Of a stretch of 64,000 nt of DNA, positions 58,152 to 64,000 are shown in pieces (the first letter of the stretch is position 1; every line of letters begins with the position of its first letter). Origin of the DNA: an uncultured bacterium (lineage in GTDB: Bacteria > Eisenbacteria > RBG-16-71-46 > JAFGJU01); NCBI GenBank assembly GCA_964570935.1, contig CAZMZP010000073.1, positions 28,820-92,819 on the forward strand, read 5' to 3'. A program made the translations under genes and the position numbers. The notes under the pieces are model-generated. The model made no database searches, was not told where the DNA came from, and saw only the letters and a list, made by a program, of their open reading frames with translations.

Positions 58152-60284
58152 CTAGTTCTTCGGTTTCTCGAACGCGGCTGGGTCCAGCGCCGGGTTTATC
58201 TTGATCTCGGTCACCTTCGTGGTCGATATTGTCTTTGTGGCGGTCCGCTGCGCGGACGCGAAGCTCATCTTTATGCCGCCGACGTCCCTGAAGTCGGAGT
58301 AGACCTCGGTGACGTCGGTGGGTCCTTCCATCGTGAACATCTTCCTCACGCTGCCGACCATCATGTTGCTCGTGGGGTCCACGTACGCGTGGACCACGGC
58401 GTCCTCGCCCAGGGTGACGAGGACGTCGTGTACCTTCTTGCCGTCGAGCTCGGCCTCCCCGACGTACTGGGCCCCGGCGGTACCGGAGGCCAGCGCCTTG
58501 AGGACACTCAGCTGGTCGAACTGGATCTGCTTCCTGAGCTCGTCCGACTGGCTGCCCTGAAGATCCATCACTCCCTGCGGGCTGGACATCCAGGCCTTGT
58601 CCTTGTTGAGCACCTGGACCATCGTTCCCATCGGGGTGATGATGTCGAGACGCATTCTGTCGGGATACGCCAGCACGATCTTCGCGTCGAGCACCATGTC
58701 CCCGCCGGGGGTCGAAACGGTGGCCTTGAACGAGTCGGTGACGTTCTTCACGGCCAGGATCTTGTCGGCCCCGCCGGCGGCGGCCACCACCTTACGCACT
58801 ATCTCGTTCGCCCTGTCCGATGACGCCTGAGTGGCCTCCGGCACGGCTTCCTTGATTTCCGGGATCGCTATGTCGATGGTGCTCACCGTGCCCAGGGTCG
58901 AAAGCGGTTTGTCGAACTTGCTGGCGTCACCCACGGCCAGGATGATCATCTTGTCGGGATGCAGCCTCCTCCTGGCGACATCCAGGATGTCCTGCTTCGT
59001 GACCTTCTCTATGGCCGTCCTGGTACGCTGCAGGAAGTCCTCGGGATATCCATAGAACTGGTAGACCATCAGACGCTCGAGAATCTTGCCGACCGAGTCG
59101 AACTTGAACGCGAAGGAATTGAGGTAGCCGTTCTTGGCGAGCTCGAGCTCCCTGTCCGTCACCTCCGTCTCCGTTATGAGCTTGATCTCGTCCAGCATGG
59201 TCGTGATGACTTCGTGCGCCGAGGCGAACTTGGTCGACGAGAACGTGTAGAACGGGCCGGGATGGTCCAGCTCGGACATGAGGCCGCCTCCGGCGGAGTA
59301 GGCCAGGCCCTTCTCGGTCCGCACCTTCTTGAATATCCTCGAGGTCCAGCCGCCCCCGAGGATGTCACTCATCACGTAGAAGCTGGGGTAGTCCGGGTCG
59401 TCCAGACGCATGCACATGTGCCCCATCAGGATGAAGCACTGCTCGATGTCGGTCTTCTCTATGTAATTGACCGACGGCGTGAGCGTCATGTCCACCTCGG
59501 CGACCGGCGGGTATTCGGCCTTCGCTGCCGGCCAGCCGGCGAAGGCGTTCTCCAGTTTCGTCTTCATGTCGGCCGCGTTGAAGTCGCCGTACACTCCCAG
59601 TATCACTCCGCCCGGATGGAAGTACTTGCCGTGAAAATCGAGCAGGTCGGCCCGTGACAGTCTGTCCACGTCGGCGTACTCGTACTGCCGCGCGTACGGC
59701 GAGTCCGCGCCGTAGACCAGCTTCGGATACTCCCGCATCAGGATGCCCATCGGCTCGTCGTTGCGCCTGGCAATGGCGCTCCTCAAGTGCGTCTTGGCCA
59801 GCTCGATCTTGTCCTCGCTGAACCCCGGGTGCTCCAGGATGTCCACAAACACGGTCAGGGTCTTGTCGAAGTTCTCCACCAGGGAGTTGGCCGTGAGGTG
59901 GGCGGCGCTGTTGTCCACAGAGCCCTCCACGGAGGAGCCCATGGCCTCGAGGAGCTCGTCTATCTCGTCGCCGGACTTGGACGTCGTGCCGCCGGTGCGC
60001 CATGCCTCGCTCATGAGCTCGGAGAGGCCGCGGCGGTCCTTGGGCTCAAACACGGTCCCGGCCTTGACCATCGCCCGCATCTTGATCAGCGGGAGCTCGT
60101 GGTCCTCCACGAGCATGAGGATCATGCCGTTCTCCAGAGTGAGCTTCTCGACTTTGGGAATCTGAATTTCGTTCAGCTTCGGGTACTTCAAGTCACTCAC
60201 GCCGGCGGCCGCGGCCGCTCCCACCGCGAGCGAGGCGAAGACCGCGAGACCGATCAACGCCGTCAACGTTGTCCTGCGCGTCAT
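58152..60284 (-). CDS. M16B peptidase, non-catalytic subunit, with additional C-terminal beta-rich domain
   Basis: Signal peptide; L.NG..L.LVEDHELP; no HXXEH; ILGGG..SR....VR..KGLAY; about 230-aa C-terminal extension. Confidence 0.85.
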   Translation of the reverse strand: MTRRTTLTALIGLAVFASLAVGAAAAAGVSDLKYPKLNEIQIPKVEKLTLENGMILMLVEDHELPLIKMRAMVKAGTVFEPKDRRGLSELMSEAWRTGGTTSKSGDEIDELLEAMGSSVEGSVDNSAAHLTANSLVENFDKTLTVFVDILEHPGFSEDKIELAKTHLRSAIARRNDEPMGILMREYPKLVYGADSPYARQYEYADVDRLSRADLLDFHGKYFHPGGVILGVYGDFNAADMKTKLENAFAGWPAAKAEYPPVAEVDMTLTPSVNYIEKTDIEQCFILMGHMCMRLDDPDYPSFYVMSDILGGGWTSRIFKKVRTEKGLAYSAGGGLMSELDHPGPFYTFSSTKFASAHEVITTMLDEIKLITETEVTDRELELAKNGYLNSFAFKFDSVGKILERLMVYQFYGYPEDFLQRTRTAIEKVTKQDILDVARRRLHPDKMIILAVGDASKFDKPLSTLGTVSTIDIAIPEIKEAVPEATQASSDRANEIVRKVVAAAGGADKILAVKNVTDSFKATVSTPGGDMVLDAKIVLAYPDRMRLDIITPMGTMVQVLNKDKAWMSSPQGVMDLQGSQSDELRKQIQFDQLSVLKALASGTAGAQYVGEAELDGKKVHDVLVTLGEDAVVHAYVDPTSNMMVGSVRKMFTMEGPTDVTEVYSDFRDVGGIKMSFASAQRTATKTISTTKVTEIKINPALDPAAFEKPKN

Positions 60285-60357
60285 GTCCTACTCCTTTCGA
60301 GAGATGAATCGAACGCGTTCTCCGGGGCCGGACCGCCTCCGGCCCTGGAGGCAAAGC

Positions 60358-61902
60358 CTATTCGCTCTCCGGCTTCACTATCTCGGCGATCGTGCAGTTC
60401 GTCTTCGTCAGGTACTGTTTCGCGACCCGCTGTACGTCCTCGGCCGTGACCTTGTCTATGAGGTCCAGCTTCGTGAACATGTTCCTCCACGAACCAGTCA
60501 CGTGCTCCGCGTCGGCCAGTCCTATTGCCATGCCCTCGTTGCTGTCCAGGGAGTTGATGAACTTGGCCTTTTCTCTGGCCTTCACGGCCGCCAGCTCTTC
60601 GGCGGGCACGAGCTCCTTCTTCAATCGCTCAAGCTCCTCGAAGATGGCGGTCTCGTTCTCGGCAGTGGTCTTTCCCTGGTTAGGGAAGGCGCCCAGCGCG
60701 AAGAGCCCGGGGTATTTCTCTCCGAGCGACTGGCAGAAGGTCACCAGCGCCAGCTTGTCCTTCTTGACAAGCCGCTCATACAACCGCGAGGTCCTGCCCT
60801 CGCCCAGCAGGGTGGTGATGACCGTGAACGTGGCGTTGTCGGCGTCCCTCACGCCGGGGCGGTGGAACACCATCGCCAGCACCGGCTGGGAGGCGTCCTC
60901 CACGTACACCCTCTTCAGACCCCTCTGCGGCGGCTCGACTGTCTCGACCGGCGTCGGTTTTTCACCGGCCGGAATCTTGGACAGGTGTTTCTCCAGAATG
61001 GGCATGGCCTTCGCCGGGTCGACGTCACCCACGACGCACACGGTGAGGTTCCTGCCGCTGTAGTATTTCTTGAACCACGCCTCCGCCTCTTCGCGCGTGA
61101 TGGTCTCGAGGTCGGACATGTGGCCGACCACGAGCACGTGGTACGGATGCGCCTTGAAGGCCGCGGCCACTAGCTCCTCGAACAGCTTCCCTGTGGGCGA
61201 GCTCTCGAAGCCCATGCGCCTCTCTTCGCGTATGACCGAAACCTCCTTGTAGAACTCCCTCAGGACAGGGTTCGCGAACCTGTCGGCCTCCAGCGCTGCC
61301 CAGAGCTCCAGCTTGTTGGATGGCATGGAGTAGTGGTACACGGTCTGGTCGAATGACGTAAAGGCGTTCAGGCCCACGCCGCCTTCCCTCTCGACCATTT
61401 CGCCGAACTGGGCGGGTACGACATACTTGTCGGCCTCCTCCTGAGCCATCGCCAAGGCCGCCTCCAGCTCCTTCAGCTTGTCGGGAGAAGCCAGAGTGCC
61501 CTTGTTCCTTTCCGCCTTGAGCGCGTGGAAGGCGCTGTCCACCTTCTTCAGCGCCTCCTTTTCCTTGCCGTAATCTTTGGTGCCTATGGTCGTCGTGCCC
61601 TTGAACGCCATGTGCTCGAATATGTGAGCGAGGCCGGTTGCACCGGTTATCTCGTCCACCGAACCCACGTCAGCGTGCGTGGCCATGGAGGCGACCGGCG
61701 CCACGTGCCGCGGGAGAATCAGCACTTTCACCCCGTTCGGGAGCACCTTCTCGACCACGTCATTCTGCATGTCCTTGAACGTGCGGGCCAGCAGGGGAGA
61801 GGCCACGAGCGCCAGACCGACGACGACGAGCACGGCCACCAGGGCCGCGGCCGTCCAACCGCGACGGGAAGCGGCCTGGAAACAGCGCGAACAGTGAGAC
61901 AT
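60358..61902 (-). CDS. M16B zinc peptidase, catalytic subunit
   Basis: Signal peptide; VGSVDE..G.TGLAHIFEHMAFKGT (HXXEH), NAFTS.D.T.Y, E..VI.EERR, SRLY..LV. Confidence 0.92.
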   Translation of the reverse strand: MSHCSRCFQAASRRGWTAAALVAVLVVVGLALVASPLLARTFKDMQNDVVEKVLPNGVKVLILPRHVAPVASMATHADVGSVDEITGATGLAHIFEHMAFKGTTTIGTKDYGKEKEALKKVDSAFHALKAERNKGTLASPDKLKELEAALAMAQEEADKYVVPAQFGEMVEREGGVGLNAFTSFDQTVYHYSMPSNKLELWAALEADRFANPVLREFYKEVSVIREERRMGFESSPTGKLFEELVAAAFKAHPYHVLVVGHMSDLETITREEAEAWFKKYYSGRNLTVCVVGDVDPAKAMPILEKHLSKIPAGEKPTPVETVEPPQRGLKRVYVEDASQPVLAMVFHRPGVRDADNATFTVITTLLGEGRTSRLYERLVKKDKLALVTFCQSLGEKYPGLFALGAFPNQGKTTAENETAIFEELERLKKELVPAEELAAVKAREKAKFINSLDSNEGMAIGLADAEHVTGSWRNMFTKLDLIDKVTAEDVQRVAKQYLTKTNCTIAEIVKPESE

Positions 61903-62052
61903 GAGAGTCCCCCTTTCCGGAAGGATTGAAGAAACGGCCGGCCTCCGGCGGCGTGTTGAGCACGCGTCACTGCGGCCGCCTCTGGCCGACCTCCGAGCAT
62001 GAAGCCGGAAAACACAGCGTGCGCCGCCCCGCGGGCGGCGCCAAGTCGAATA

Positions 62053-62081
62053 AGACTATCTCCGCCGGGCCGTCCAGTCAA
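62053..62081 (-). promoter_or_regulatory. Putative sigma70 promoter of M16 operon
   Basis: Minus strand TTGACT-N17-TAGTCT. Confidence 0.5.
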
Positions 62082-62186
62082 GGCGAGATTACGCTGACGG
62101 GTAGTGTGCGGAGGGTCGGCCCGCGGGAGAGCGGACGCCGGCGCCCGGGGCGCGATGTGGGACACGAGGGGGGGAGCAGACTCCGG

Positions 62187-62759
62187 CTAGAACCAGTCGA
62201 GTTCGTTGAGCTCGTTTACTTTGTCTCTCAGGTCTTCGTGCAGGCGCTCGAGCCTGCCGGCGTGCTTTTCGAGCCGCTCCGCACGTTTTTCGAGCCTGCT
62301 CGCGGCGCGCTCGAGCTTCTCCTCTTTTCTTTCGAGATCCTCTTCGAGGTCGTCCGAGTCGTAGTCTGGAGAGAGGAGCCGGAGCACTCCGATGGCGGCC
62401 TTGAGCCCGAGGCCCGCGCCCTTGACGCCGAGCTTCGCGCCTTCTATGCCGACTGACTTAGCGTCTTCGACTATGCCGTTAAAAGTCGCGTAGTAGTCCC
62501 GGACGAGCTCTCGTTCGGAGGGGCTCAGGGTCACGGCCCGGTCGTTTACGAAGAGCTCGGCGCGTTCCGTGATCTCGACCGTTTCGTCGCTTTCTTTGTC
62601 GGTGAAGATGATGGAGCCATCTTCGAATTCGACCGAAACGTCGTCGCCGCGGAACAGTCTGTCCTCGTTGCACCGGACTTGCACCTCGGCGGACGAACTC
62701 AGCGGCGCGCAGATGGCCGCGGCGAACAGAACCATGGGGATAACGGCAAGCGTTTTCAT
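62187..62759 (-). CDS. Exported DUF2884/YggN-like protein
   Basis: RBS GGAGG, signal peptide; I...ELFVN...V.L...ER.LV.DY...A...G.EG, then coiled coil. Confidence 0.65.
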   Translation of the reverse strand: MKTLAVIPMVLFAAAICAPLSSSAEVQVRCNEDRLFRGDDVSVEFEDGSIIFTDKESDETVEITERAELFVNDRAVTLSPSERELVRDYYATFNGIVEDAKSVGIEGAKLGVKGAGLGLKAAIGVLRLLSPDYDSDDLEEDLERKEEKLERAASRLEKRAERLEKHAGRLERLHEDLRDKVNELNELDWF

Positions 62760-62901
62760 GGGATGTCCTCCTTTGGCGGCTGGTCCCAGCCCGCCCTGTC
62801 ATTATGTCATACGAACCGGCGGGGCCTATGGTTTCAGCCGACAGCGGCCGTATTCACGCTGAGGGCAGCGCCGGACCGGACGGGGGGTCTGGCGGAAGTC
62901 G

Positions 62902-62930
62902 TTGACTGGGCCCGCGCGCGAATGTAGAAT
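62902..62930 (+). promoter_or_regulatory. Putative sigma70 promoter of tRNA-Ala
   Basis: TTGACT-N17-TAGAAT. Confidence 0.6.
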
Positions 62931-63018
62931 GTGTGCCGTGTGAAACAACTGAATACACGGAGTGTCTGCCGCTGGCCGGAAGCATGCAGGACGCGGGCCG
63001 CGGGAGGCAGTCTACGGT

Positions 63019-63094
63019 GGGGCTGTAGCTCAGATGGGAGAGTACTTGACTGGCAGTCAAGGGGTCACGGGTTCGATCCCCGTCAGCTCCACCA
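63019..63094 (+). tRNA. tRNA-Ala(GGC)
   Basis: 76 nt; acceptor GGGGCTG/CAGCTCC with G3:U70; anticodon arm CTTGA-CTGGCAG-TCAAG; TTCGATC T-loop; encoded CCA. Confidence 0.97.
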
Positions 63095-63167
63095 TTTCTT
63101 TGTAACGAATCGGGAAGAAGGGCGGTTGGGGTTCAGAGCAGCGTGCCTACGGCTCGGGCCGGCCGGC

Positions 63168-63869
63168 TCAGTATTTCGGCCTGGGGGGCGTCGGCTCCAG
63201 CGCGTTTATGAACGACAGCGACCTGGAGCGCCAGACTCCGGAAAGACTGGCCTGCCTCTCGGCATCCTCTATCTGTCGCCCGTTCGAGTCCTCGTAGCCC
63301 AGAAACAGGTTGACGATCGAGAGTCTCAAGTAGTTCAGACACTTCCCCACGGCCACGTCGTTTCTTGGGTCGCAGTCAGCGCTGCTCCCGGTCGCCTGAG
63401 TCGCGGTCCGCGGGACCAGGACAGGAGGGACTCTGCCGGGTTCGGCGGTCCCGGACTCCCCGGCGTGAGGTCTGTCCGCGTTCCTCGCGCCGATTCTCTT
63501 CCACTGACCGTAAAGCCTGTCCGCCCGCTGGAGCAGCGGGTCCAGTCTCTCCAGGAATTCCTCCGTGCCTATGAGGTTCTGCCGCAATCGGCCCCTCAGC
63601 TCCTCCACCTGGCCGGCGATCACTCGCTGCTGGGTGAGAAAGCTGAAGTACCATCTCTGCATGTTGGTCAGCGAATGGCCGGCAGTCGCTCCGCTCTGAC
63701 CGGAGCCGGCGATGAGGAATGGCTGCATCGTGTGGACGGTGGTCAGGGAGAGGAGGCCGGGAAACCCCTGCGGCGTTGGGGCCGAAGCGAACACGGAGGC
63801 CGGCGCGGCGAACAGCGCGAGCGCCAGGGCAACCGTCAGCGACTGTTTTGCGAGAGCTTGCCGGGGCAT
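63168..63869 (-). CDS. Hypothetical exported helical protein
   Basis: RBS GGAGG upstream of ATG 63869; signal-peptide-like N-terminus; no family recognised. Confidence 0.5.
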   Translation of the reverse strand: MPRQALAKQSLTVALALALFAAPASVFASAPTPQGFPGLLSLTTVHTMQPFLIAGSGQSGATAGHSLTNMQRWYFSFLTQQRVIAGQVEELRGRLRQNLIGTEEFLERLDPLLQRADRLYGQWKRIGARNADRPHAGESGTAEPGRVPPVLVPRTATQATGSSADCDPRNDVAVGKCLNYLRLSIVNLFLGYEDSNGRQIEDAERQASLSGVWRSRSLSFINALEPTPPRPKY

Positions 63870-63971
63870 TGTGACCCCTCCGTCCAGAGGATATTCGGCA
63901 ACGGACCGTCCGAGTTAGAAATCGGCACGTCGGGGCCGCGGCTTTAGCCGGCCGGCGGCCGGCCTTTCTGC

Positions 63972-64000
63972 TTGACAGGCCCCGTCAGACCCCGTAATCT
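63972..64000 (+). promoter_or_regulatory. Putative sigma70 promoter for a gene beyond the window
   Basis: TTGACA-N17-TAATCT at the window edge. Confidence 0.5.

Noticed and set aside
63019-64000. tRNA-Ala as an integration site for an island
   Set aside because: No integrase and no duplicated tRNA 3' end within the window.

Overview
High-GC, gene-dense bacterial window. The organism is probably a diderm FCB-affiliated candidate lineage; this is inferred from LPS genes, Bacteroidota-style ExbB/ExbD/TonB and secreted proteins ending in a FlgD-Ig/T9SS-like tail '...KM(L/I)LLR'. From left to right: the end of an LPS operon (msbA-like 3' end, a fused double GT9 heptosyltransferase, gmhB, a UbiA-family prenyltransferase); a DUF4388/TPR pair; asnS; exbB-exbD-exbD-tonB; a Yip1-TolC-MacAB-like exporter; a 1229-aa TPR protein; uvrA; a rubrerythrin-like protein; two repeat (beta-propeller) surface proteins flanking an ABC-F ATPase; fabH; gcvT-H-PA-PB. 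The most interesting region is 38.0-53.5 kb. The glycine-cleavage genes (no L-protein gene in the window) run directly into an uncharacterised module: two small proteins, an orphan GlmL-like actin-fold ATPase with no mutase partner, a barrel-sandwich-hybrid protein, four membrane proteins (including a DUF6754-like one) and a lipoate ligase. This module is split in two by a translationally coupled four-gene cassette (glycoside hydrolase-deacetylase fusion, TPR/outer-membrane barrel, HEAT protein, processive GT2) that looks like an uncharacterised synthase-dependent exopolysaccharide system. The right end holds a CPBP protease, a ~109-nt rod-like candidate ncRNA, a DUF2284-like protein, a GT-C-like membrane protein, an M16 peptidase pair, a YggN-like protein and tRNA-Ala(GGC). 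No CRISPR array, transposase, integrase or rRNA was seen. All family names come from motif recognition by eye, not from database searches.
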